DNA from: Mesotaenium endlicherianum
Lineage: Eukaryota
Assembly (NCBI GenBank): GCA_009602735.1
Contig: WELA01002985.1
Coordinates: 6,128 to 70,127 of the forward strand
DNA: 64,000 nucleotides
Direction of reading: 5' to 3'
The notes beneath the pieces were generated by a model, which was not told where the DNA came from, searched no databases, and worked only from the letters and a program-made list of their open reading frames with translations. Both the position numbers and the translations under genes were made by a program. Of this stretch, positions 37,640 through 48,858 are shown in pieces (positions within the stretch are counted from its first letter, which is position 1; each line of letters begins with the position of its first letter).

Positions 37640-39885
37640 TTTGCATCTATCACATAAAAGCTGGTTTCCCCGAAATCTAGAGCCTTAGAGCCCAAAGGGC
37701 AGGGCAAAGCCTAAGGCTAAGCAAATGTACATTTTTCGCCCCAATGTTCTTGGGGGGGATCTAGATGGTTCCCGAAAATGTCTATTTTTTCCCCCCCCCC
37801 TTCGGGATGTACATTTTCCCCCTTCCGCCCCCCAAATTTTTGTCTCTTTCCAGAATATCGTAGGGGGGCGCGAGCAAAAAAGCTGGTGGATCTCTTTTGA
37901 TAGTCAAAGCGGGACTCGGTAAAAAATTTTGATCATAGGAGAACCTGGGAGAGGGAGGGTCAAAATCTAGAGGGGGGGGGACAAAGTCAAGATCTTAGGA
38001 GAAGCCTTATAAACAAGATGTACATTTTTTTCTAGATTTTTGGCCCCCCAACAAAAATGTCTAGATTTTGGTTCCCCCGACATCCCTTTGAGCCCGCATA
38101 GAACAGAAGGTGGGGGCAACAAAATTTTGATCATAGGAGAACAAAATCTAGATGAGCCCCCCCCCGAAGTGTACATTTTTTCCCCCGACATCTAGATTTT
38201 GTGTTTTTTTACCCGGAATCTAGAGCCTTAGGCCAAGGCTAAGGCTTCTCGGAGGTCCGGGGATCTATTATAGGAGACAAAAATGTACATCATCCCCCCC
38301 CGGATAGGGCCAAGGTGCCCCCCGAAGGGGGGCAGGGTAGGGCGGGGGGGATGCCCTTTGGGGCTCTAGATTTGGGGGCACAAATTAGATCATAGGCTCC
38401 TCCACTTTTGCCCTATGCGGGCCGAAAGACAAAAAATATATTGTCGGGGCCCCCCTTACTTTTGCCCTATGCGGGGAGAAGTGGGGGGGAGGGCCAAAAA
38501 ATGTACATTATTTGGCTTATGCAGGGAAAGAAATGGTATTGTGGGGAGAGAACAAAATATAGAGGGCATTCTAAAATATCGATCATCCCCCCGGCCCTCT
38601 GCGGGTCCCTGCGGGAAAAACAATAGAAATGAAAAGGTTTTTCCCGTAGGGCCGGCATAGGGCCGGGGAAATGTACCATTTTGTCTGCCCTCCCTCCGAC
38701 AATATTCTATCAAAGGTTTTCTACCCAAAGGGGGCATAGGGCTGGGAAATAGACATTTCAGGGGGGCGGCGGGGATTTTATCGTGCCCCCCTTCGGGGGG
38801 CAGCCCGGGGGACCCTCCGGGAAAATGTACATCCCGAAGGGGTTCTCCGGGAAACAATATACATGGTTTTCTGCGTGGGGGGGGGAAGCCTTAGCCTTTG
38901 GCGTCCGGCTCTAGATTTTGTTCCGGAGAGAAGTCTTAGAGCCCAAAGAGAAAATATTGGCTTCTTCTGCCCTTTNTTGCCGAATGCCCTTTGGATTTTG
39001 CCGAATGCCCTTTAGGTTTTGACCCAAAAGGGCAGAAGAAGCCAATATTTTGTTCTCCTCTCGCCGGACGCCCAGGGTAGGGACAAAATACAGATTCTCC
39101 CTCTGGCTTTTTCGGCCTCTTTACGGATTTGTTTGTCGGTCACTGCTTCCCCGTTCCCGGCAACACATCCCCCCCCACCTCTTAATCTATATNGCCCGAA
39201 GGGCAAAAAGGCCTTGCCCTTCGGGCCCTCCGGGAAGCCTTAGCCTTGGCCACCCCCCACCACAAAATGTCTATTTTGCCCTTTGGGCAGGGCTGCTCTC
39301 TAGATTTTGCTTTTCCCCTATGACATGACCTCGATTTCGGGGGAAACAGACATTTCGTTCTCAGGGGGTGTCGGACATAGAACAAAATCTTTTGCCCCCC
39401 CCCGGGGGACCATTTTGTATTCTCCAAAGGNGGGGCCTTTGGTCCGCTTGAAAGTGTGCACAACTGAGGCTGGGCACATTTGTAGCGCGAGCTATCTAAA
39501 TAATCATATGATATCGCAGCTGTGTCAGCAGAGCTCTGCTAATTACTCTATATATCATACTCGTAACTGCATTTTATTTAGCTCTTGATTGACTTCGCCA
39601 GTATAAGTGGATGGTGCACAGATTCGACTTGGCCTGTTACACACGTAGCCTGACAAGCTGACACGTGTACGTACAACTGGGCAATGCACCCATGTCCACC
39701 TCGAAGCCCATAGAACGTACAGTCACCAGGAGCCACCTGAGTAAACTTTCATGATAGACAGGCACGGTCCTTAGTTTACAGCTATGTGGCGCTACAGCAG
39801 TATGTACGGTTCTATGGACATTGATAACGTTAATGAGTGATGGGGACCAGCTCGTTCAAGAGAACGCAGGCTCCAGCTGGCGCTG

Positions 39886-42800
39886 CTAGCTCATGACTTC
39901 CAGGAAGCGCAGCTTGTGCGACACCATGGTGCTGTCGTCGACAAAGGAGAATTCTCCATGTAGCATTCGGCCTGCACATGCAAGTGCGAGCGAGATGAAG
40001 GTAGGTGCTATAGCGCGACCATGTGACACTGACAATTATGGACATGGATGCTGGGTTGGACAGACAGAGCAGGATATACAGACAGCTAGAGCTTGATGTG
40101 CAGACGGCTAGATAAAGTATGCTCCAGGCTTATCATATCTATACATTGCGCCGCACTGCGCTCTCACTCACCCTTCAAAAATTCCGGGAGCCATAAGTAG
40201 TCATCTGCCCACATCTCCTCTGCAGCATCATGCACAAACATGCCAGTGGTCGCGATGATTATAAGGAGGATAGAAGTGAGTAAGCTAGGTTGTCGAGCAC
40301 TCGCTCACATATACATGAGACAATAAGCCGCGTATTCATGGCTGCCTTAGTCTACTTCCATACAGCATGTACATCAATAATCACTGAAAAACCACTCGGA
40401 AGTATTTTCATGCGGACATCATCGGCACCAGTGGCGACCCAGAATTTGCAGCCATCTTATGCGCGTAGCCAGAGAAAGGGCTCGCTTTATACAAGCACTA
40501 CCTCTCACGTCATACGATCCGCATCATGCATCCACCAGCTCTATGTATATCACCCCAGCTGGATGAAGACCAGCAGTGTGAGAGAGCCCGGGCTGTAACA
40601 AGAAAGACGCAAAGTTGGTGATTAAGACTACGAGCCAAGTCGAGCAGTATATTGCATATATCAAAGTAGCCCACTGGGGTATCTGGTATCTGAATGTAGT
40701 CTCTATTCCTAACCGTGAGAACAGTGCAACCTGAGATCAGATCGTTGACGAGGAAACATCAGAAGTCCTCATGAGGATGTGGCAGTCTGGCTTGCACACA
40801 CAGCAGATGGATGTCGCTTTCCATAGATAATAGAATCAGCTACGTTGACAAGATGTACACATGCTGACATAAGATTCACTGCGAGCTTCTATACACAGTT
40901 TGTCAGAGGAGTTCCAAACTGCGGCTAACTTGAGCATACTCTTGTTGCACTTGGCAGGTTCGAGCCAAGACCGGAGGATTTCAATTTTTTATTGCGAAGT
41001 CTGTCCACCACAAAGCAATACAACTGCAGCAGGTGCTGCGTTAGGGGATAATCAGCAAGGTGAAGTTGCGGGTGGGAAGCATGAGCGCACCATAGGGGAT
41101 GTCAGTGACGTCGAACCACTTGGGCGCCATTTCTGAAGTCTCGTAAGGCTCCCCTTCGTACTGTGAGACGTGATAAGTGTGCACCTGCAGAGGGTCCGTA
41201 TATACAGCACAAGTGCAAACTATTGCTCTCTTTTCACACATGAGCTTCTACAGTCGCTTGGTCCCTGAACTCCGGGCTTGCCTTTGTCCCAGCAACAGCC
41301 CCCCTTCTCCCCTTCCCCCTCTCCCCCTCTCCCCCCCTGGGGAACCAGCTTTCCCTCTGCTGGCCACGTTAAGGCCTAGTGCATGTTGTCCTTCTGGTGA
41401 GCTAAAGAGAATCTACAGGCCTAGTCAAAGGAGGCATCTTCTGTCGAATGGAGCGAGTATGGGGCCTCTTCATGGTTAGACCAGTAGCAGTTTCCTTAAG
41501 CAACCTGCCAGCTAATCAGGACTGGACTTCTCCAAAGCCTTCTTACGTCCATCTCGCTCCATCTCCCGCTACTAACTCCTGCTAGCAAGCGCATGTCTCG
41601 CCCACAAGAATTCCCGAATCTGGCATAAAGGCAAAGATTACACAGACTGGCACAGCTCTGGCATGTGCGAAGTCACATAGAACTGCGTACATATCAACTA
41701 TTATTTTGCAAAATGCACCTGATATGAACGATCTCATCCTTATGGACGACAGGATATGGATTAGTTGTCACAGCACGCCGCTCTACCTGCTGCATTGACG
41801 TCCCTGCAGGCGAGTTGCTTACCTCACAACTGTGTGACAAGCAGATAATGTGGACGTTGGGAGTTACCTCCCAAGGCTGGGGCTTGTTGTCAAAGTGAAA
41901 GGTGAGAATTGCGCGCTTCTCCAGGCTCAGGGCACGCAGTCCACATTCCTCCTCCAACTGCGAGGCAGCAACAACACTTGAGAATGTTAGCTCTACGAAC
42001 ACTAAGTCATGGACTCACTTAAATGCGCAAGTAACTTGCTTGCATACACATGCAGACAGACACTTATGTGTAAGTGACTGGAACACTTACAGAAGACACA
42101 TCACATTGCAACTCATGCGAATCCACAACAAGAAACGGGTTAGCTTGTATGATTCAGAAGATACTCGACAGAAATCAAGAGTTTGTAGAGAAAGAATGCA
42201 AGATAGAATCTTCACCACCTTTGTTATTAACGTTTGCCATAGTTGCAACTTGGTATTCTGCTAATACCTAGAAATATTTTGTTTCACTTGACACATATAT
42301 CATTTCTTTGTAAAATATACAGTATGACCTCATTCGTGTCACCGAAAGAAGCAGGCAAATGAAAAAAAGGAGGTAATGAAGAGCATGTGACATGTGCGAC
42401 TGCATGCCCGTATGGAGTAAACATCTGTTTCAAGAGATGCTTAGATTGTACCAGAAATATCTAGAAGTAGAATGGTACCATCAATAACTACTACATTCAA
42501 CATTGACATTCCTTTTATAATGTGTAAGAGTGTAGAGGAGTGAACTGTCTGTCAACAAGAAGAGCTTGCAACATGAGCAACAGACTCAAATAAATGCATT
42601 CCCTTCATTTAGTCTTCTTTACGCATTATTTCAACTGAACATAATTACCTCGCGGATAGCAGCTTCTTCAATGGTCTCTCCAGCCTCAACCTTGCCGCCA
42701 AAGCCAAAGTAATGACCTGTGCCAAAGCTGGAAAAAAAAGGCCCAATGCAAGTATCACCAGAGCTTAACTAGGTTCATCTAGGCTTGACCTTTTTTCAAG

Positions 42801-43455
42801 AGGGCAGAATAGATTGCGTCGCGCAATATCTTGCTATTGCCTGCTTAACATATATCCACTCTGACACCCAAATGCATGCTTTAATCTTCCTTTAGATGCT
42901 CCGGCTAGAGAATAAGCTGCCGTCTGGAGGCACTTACCCACGTTTCTTGCGGCCAAGTAATATTTGATCCTTCCTCTGCACAATAGCTAGCGTGAACAGC
43001 TTCACTCCCACATTAACTGTTGTCAATTTCCGTTTCTCTGGAGGATTAGATATGCCTACTTGCGGCTCAGGGAGTTGCCACGGATTTGACTCTTGAAAAA
43101 GAGGCTCAGCGCCCATGATGTTCTCAAATTTGTCTGCGTTTGCGTTTCTATCTCCTCTGCGGCCAAGGCAAACAACCTTCCGCTCTTCCAAGGTTAAACG
43201 TTCTGGAATAATCTGGCCCCTACGGGTGACATCCTTGATGCTGATGTATTTGATTGCCCTCACCTCATACGTTCTACGAGGAGGGATTCCCTTGTACTGT
43301 GACTCGCAGATACCTTTTTGGTTTGTGAACTTTGAAAGATATAGTAGATTGACGCATAATTTTCGAGACAAGCTTTCGCAAGAGTTCATCGGAAAACGAG
43401 TTCCATTCTGAATGGCGTGAGCCTCTGATGATGAATGTAGCAATAAATAGTTCAT
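39886..43455 (-). CDS. NUDT1: MTH1/NUDT1-like Nudix hydrolase (oxidised purine nucleoside triphosphatase). Exons 43455(start uncertain)-42938, 42727-42649, 41957-41868, 41184-41091, 40219-40172, 39971-39886
   Basis: All introns are GT-AG and phase-compatible. Spliced product ...[55 protein letters not shown]...VHTY...PYETSEMAPKWF..TDIPYEEMWADDYLWLPEFLKGRMLHGEFSF... contains the Nudix box and the MTH1-type MW(P/A)DD motif. Confidence 0.88.
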
Positions 43456-44603
43456 TCGTATTTTCCCGCCAGTATAGCTTCGTTCCCCTATTCTCCAATT
43501 TAAAATCCCGGGCTAGCTTTTCCTAGTGCACAAAATCTTTGCCCGGCCCTTCTTCAGCGATCGATTACCTCACTTCAGCCTTCAGCTTGCTTCAGCTGCA
43601 TGGCTTCAGAACTCGAGTGCTCATCGCTCATGCTCGTTTGTGCTCGTTGCATGCTCTACATAGGTCGCGCGGTCAATGCGGAACGGGGTCAACATTCATA
43701 AAATTCTATGAGAATGATTGCAAAAGAACCATTTTATCAGGATATCAGCCTATAACCTTGACTACCACTTATATATAGAGGACGATACCAGGCACGCCGC
43801 ACTACCCGCTGCTGCTGCTCTGCCTCGAGAATGTACTTTTCAGGCAATTTCAGGTATATATGACGTGATTTGACAGTCGTGGAATACCTCTTATTAGACG
43901 GCCGGCCAACTAACCTCGACCACCTGCAGGCTGCGACCTCCATCGACCACCCTCGAGCTGGCCTCGACCACCCTCGACGGTCCTCAACGCTGGGGACGCA
44001 GAAGTTACCAGCACAAGCAGCACCAGCCTGTGGTCGACACTCGTTCTGCATATGATGCTTGCCTGCCACTTGTGAGTTCAAACTTCTGATGGGTCCCGAC
44101 CGTGACATTATGGACTGCTAGACTGTGCATCGAGCAGAAACTTAATGCTCGATTGTTTCATGATACCACTTGTAAGTTCCAGAATCCGGCTGTCCTGCGT
44201 GATGATTAAGGCTGCTTTGTTGAGCTTCATGCAAATCGGCTTAGTGTATCTCGGTGCTGGCTGCTGCCTTTTGTGTTGTTTACCCAGAAGTGGCTTAGCC
44301 ATGTCACTTGGTGTGTTGGGTGCGACACCCAGAGGTGCTCTTTGTTGCCGGACCCACACATAGGTTGCAGTTTTGGGGTTTCTTGGAAGCTCATCTAGAT
44401 ACGAAGTGGTCATATCCAGCAAAGTGCGTGCAGTGAGCTCTCTTGACGACACGAGTACTCTAGGAGCTCTATCTCTCAAGTAGCTTTCACAGAGCTCTAT
44501 ACATCAAGTCAGCCTCGTGACGGATATAATTAGTCTTAGTAGCTATATATATTAGCCTTCAGTAATCGCAAAAGAGCTCCACCTTACGCGCTTCAGTATC
44601 TCA

Positions 44604-45315
44604 ATGTCTCTCAAAATAAAGGCTGTTGTAGAAAATTTTGTGAAACAACTGCAAGAGGCCATGGAGTCTGACGTCCAGGATCGCCAGATGAAAGAGAGAG
44701 AAACCCGTACTTATCTGGAAGAAAGGGAAAGAGAAGTTGCTGAAAGAGAAGCAGCATGGAAGGCTGAACTTTCCAGACGAGAGGTGAATTTTGCAAGCTA
44801 TTAAGATTGTTGTATCACACACATATTGTGGACTTCAGTGAGCACTAGCATTTAGTTAGCATATGCATATGGGTGCTAGCTTCGTGATACTTCATTTAAA
44901 AGGGCTCTGATGCTACCAGAAGGTTAAAGATGAATATATAAGACTAGTGTCTCTTACATGTGTCCCTGCTACACATTGGTTGAGCAGGCAGAGATAGTAA
45001 AACAAGAAGCACGGTTGAAGACAGAGAGAGAAAACCTGGAGAAAGAGAAGCGTATGCTGATGGGAACAGCTTCTAATCAGGACAACCTGGTATGTTTTCA
45101 TCACCAGTAGCTGTTGACTGCTGCAGCTTTTAGTATGTATATATCTGGCTCTTTAGGATAGTTCAGGTCTGCTTTGGCTACAGGCTCAGTTGCTTCTTTT
45201 TGAAAATAATACTGTCGAGCTTTTCTATTGGTGCTTCCTACAGGATGGAGCATTGGAGATTACTGTGAGTGGGGAGAAGTACAGATGTTTACGTTTCTCA
45301 AAAGCAAAGAAGTGA
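44604..45315 (+). CDS. Conserved uncharacterised plant-type coiled-coil protein, 117 aa. Exons 44604-44783, 44988-45089, 45244-45315
   Basis: GT-AG phase-0 introns give MSLKIKAVVENFVKQLQEAMESDVQDRQMKERE...AEREAAWKAELSRREAEIVKQEARLK...GTASNQDNLDGALEITVSGEKYRCLRFSKAKK*, which I recall as a conserved land-plant protein of unknown function. Confidence 0.9.
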
Positions 45316-46127
45316 GACTGGAGCCAGGGAGGGTGGTCACATGTTTTTCTCCTACTACAGGGAACACTGGGCTGGAGGAGTGACGCTGGATCTTCTCAGT
45401 CTACATTGTCTTTCAGCAGGGTCTGCAAGACAATACATAGCTGTTCGCAGGCTAGTTAGCTTTGTAGGGGTGAGTTGCACACCCTTGAGGATTAAGGTAT
45501 AAATTTGGGAGGGTATGATGCTCTGCAGAGCTGGTGGTAAAAGTTGGGGTAGTGGTATAAGGTATACGGTAATTGCAGGTTGCGGTAGATACAATGAAGG
45601 TATGAAATGCACAGGTACGAGGAGATTGTGGCGATGTAGTAAGGGAGCTTCATAAAGGGCACGTTTGGTTTTGAAGTGTGAGCACTCGGTTGCTATTCGC
45701 TTCACGTGGGTTGGAAAATAGTTGGTGTGATCCTTCTTCAAACGATCAGAGTGTTCGTGAGTGAGAAGGGGAACAATCAGGACGTAGTGAAGCTGGGTGA
45801 CTACGAGCTACGATGGTTATTGTCTTCATGATGTCCTAGAACTGTACACGCAGGGAAGGCATGAAGGGCCCTAAGCCTGTGACGTGCGTAGTACTGTCAT
45901 AGAAAGGCGGTCGACTCTGCAATTCATCCAAGGAAGGACGGCCCTTTATGACATGGCACACCATCAGTAAGTTGACTTGTGAGTAAGCATGCATTCTAGC
46001 CTAAGAAGCCTCATCACTTGAGAATAATGAACTTTGTGTATCTTGCCTTTCTCTCTTGGACTTGGCCTGGTATTATTGAACTAAATATTGAGGTCTGGTA
46101 GGTTCTGGCCACCAGAATTGTGTTGGA

Positions 46128-46232
46128 ACTTAATGTGTAGCGGTCTGTCGTTCGTCAAAAGGACTTAATGTGTAGCTGTCTGTCGTTCGTCAAAAGGACT
46201 TAATGTGTAGCTGTCTGTCGTGCGTCAAAAGG
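46128..46232. repeat. Tandem repeat, 35 bp x3
   Basis: ACTTAATGTGTAGCTGTCTGTCGTTCGTCAAAAGG at 46128, 46163 and 46198 with no spacers. Confidence 0.95.
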
Positions 46233-48211
46233 TAAGCCCGATATGTTCTTCAGTCTTGTCTTGTTATCGCCATGCGTGCATTTTCGTTACCTGCCTTCAA
46301 CCCTTTTCTGCACATCCTGTTAAGCCATGCGTGCTGCACTATATAAGCATATTTTACTGTTAAGTCTGGTGGCCTACTGTGGTATGAGCACATTGTCTGA
46401 GTCGCTGGTGTGCGTCATTAAGATCCACATTTATAAAGTCTACTTGAACAGCTACCGTAAGTCCCTTGCCAAATTTTTTGGGTGCAAGATGCGTAGGAAG
46501 TGTACTTTTGAGGAGCCCAATGAGGATAATTTGCGAGGTTTATCTTGTGAGGAGTTAAATTTCAGCAGGTTTCACCGCCTTCCTTTCGCTTTGCGGTAGG
46601 TAGTTGGTAGATAAGCAGGCTTATGAAATGGGATCATCTATTTCTTGAAGGGTATCAAGCTTTCCAGCTAGGAAGTCTTTTAATTGGTCGCCCTAATGGT
46701 AATTGGCACTTGTTTATTGGGTTCAGGTTGACAGAGTCGATCTTGTCAGCTCACGTGCCAGGCTCCTTGAGGGAAAAACAACCATAAATGCCCAAGGTAC
46801 TCTGCAACTAGGTGCAGGAGAAAAAAGTTGCAGGATGCTTTAGGCAGCACTACAAGTTTTTGCTCACAATTCAGGAGTACCCCTAAAGCACCTTGCGGTG
46901 CACCCTTTGGCCTACAGCACCTGGGAGTGCACTCTTGCTTCTCCTTCTGTCCCCACGTGGCAAGTTGTGACTTCCCTCATTCTTCCTACTCCGCACAAGT
47001 TGGCGATTTTTTTTGATATTTGTCAGAGATCATTGTTGCATATATTGTGATGGTTGACAAGCTGCAGAAGGTTGTGAGTGCTAGCAAAGCAAATTCTTTC
47101 AGTAATGGATGACCTTGGCCCCGCTGAGCTTCTTGAGCCAGATGGGAGTCTCCCGGCCATGCACTTGGAACGTAGTTTTAAATGCTGTACTTTATTTGAG
47201 AGCTTATATGGAAGTGCAGTCTATGATAACCTTGTTCCTGAGATGTGGATGTGCTTGCTTTGTTGGTATGAAATAGGCAACTAACATTGGAGTAGGTGGA
47301 GTGACAAATTGTAAAAGGGTTGCGCACTGTCTAAAATTTTTAACCAATGTGCTAATAATTTATTGTGGACGTATCTTTGTTTGTCAAAGTTTGCTTTTAA
47401 AGTAATGAGCTTGTAGAGATGATTTGCTCTCCCCATGCTGTGCAGCAATAGTCATTTAGCCGTCTGTCATGATTCATTAGCGCGTAGGCGTCCACGTGTG
47501 AAGCCGCCCACAAGCGCCCAAAACAGTTGCATTCAACTTTGAATTCCATATAGTATCATTGCTCTATAGATTTTCGAGTCACCAACACGTGAAAGATAGA
47601 GATGAGTGTGAGAAGTTTTGTGAAGGCACTTATTGTTGGCTAGTGCGACCACTTGCCACCCATTTGCAACAGTAGGAAAGGACAAGTGCACAGCATCATT
47701 AGTGTCTATTTAGATTGTACTTGTCAAGTTAGGCCTTGTCATGACCTCATAGGTCCCTTCTAGGACCCTTCTTAGCTTTTTCGAAGTTGCATTTTCACAC
47801 CTTTCTACTTCTTGCTTTGTGATTGCCTAAGAGACCTATACCACCAATAGGAGTAGGAATACAAGTCACCATAGTTACAATTGTCCACATTACTTGAAAT
47901 TTTGGGAGTATGTTTATGTTAGGGAGTAGAAGGCCTTGATCCAATTAGATCCTTGTATGATATTAGATCCATCCTGCAATTGTCAAGGTAAGATTGGCCC
48001 CCAACAACATGCTACATGATTTGTATTTAACCTACGATAGTGCTTGGATTGGCATTTACTGTGCTACTTCGGTTTAACCTAGTAGGAGACTAGATACACT
48101 TTATCTACTTGCATTGTTGAGTATATACTCCAGATAAATTGCCTCTAGCAACTATCATTCAGAAGTCTTTGTCAGCAAGCTGTAAGTTAAAGAGTTTATT
48201 GTAAAGGTAGC

Positions 48212-48858
48212 ATTTGACAATTTGTGTTCAAATTGCCTGGTTTTGAAAGAAATGTGATTTTAGAAAGAATAATAGGAGTAGTAGTATGCAATTGCGCATC
48301 ATCTGTTCTTGTCTAGTCCTTTCCTACATGCTGCTACGCTTATCTGTACTTGACTAATTAAGAACAGTACAAAAGGTCAAGACAACTATATTCCAACTCC
48401 TAAACAACACTATGGATTGGCAGCTGCACTCTTGCTGTGTTGAGGTTGTCCGTCGAATCGCCGCCGTTGGTTACTGCCAATTGACAAAACATATTGTAAC
48501 ACTAACAACGACAGCCACACTATTGTGCATGGCGAAGACTATTGCTGGCACCAACTTCATTGCCCGCCTCGTGCCTCTCCCAGTGGAGTGGAGGGTTAGA
48601 GGGGTGGGTGGGTGGGTATGTGTAGCAACTACCTTCCTGCTGCAATGAGGCTTTTGTGCAACGAGAAGCCTTGTGAAGGTTTTGTTTGTCGATGAGACAC
48701 AACACGTGTGAAATCGATCAAATTTGGACACTTGTCAAACTTTGGTTTGCGACATTTCATATTGCAAACCTTCAATTTGACAATTTGTGTTCAAATTGCC
48801 TGATTTCGAAAGAAAGAAGGTGATTTTAGAAAGAATAGTAGGAGTAGTAGTATGCAAT
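48212..48858. repeat. ~565-bp repeat unit plus partial second unit (B 48212-48292, X, A 48616-48775, B 48776-48858)
   Basis: ATTTGACAATTTGTGTTCAAATTGCCTG...GGAGTAGTAGTATGCAAT occurs twice; homologous to 21841-22391 and, inverted, to 27121-27279. Confidence 0.88.

Larger units (their letters stand above)
33377..39445 (+). other. Mitochondrial-derived block 1 (probable NUMT) rich in GC hairpin repeats
   Basis: Contains mitochondrial-type trnR(UCU), trnF(GAA), rps2 and ccmB. Spacers are built of recurring palindromes. N gaps at 33378, 38976, 39193 and 39431. Confidence 0.9.

Noticed and set aside
46128..46232. 35-bp repeats of CRISPR-like length
   Set aside because: Units are contiguous with no spacers, there are no cas genes, and the context is eukaryotic.
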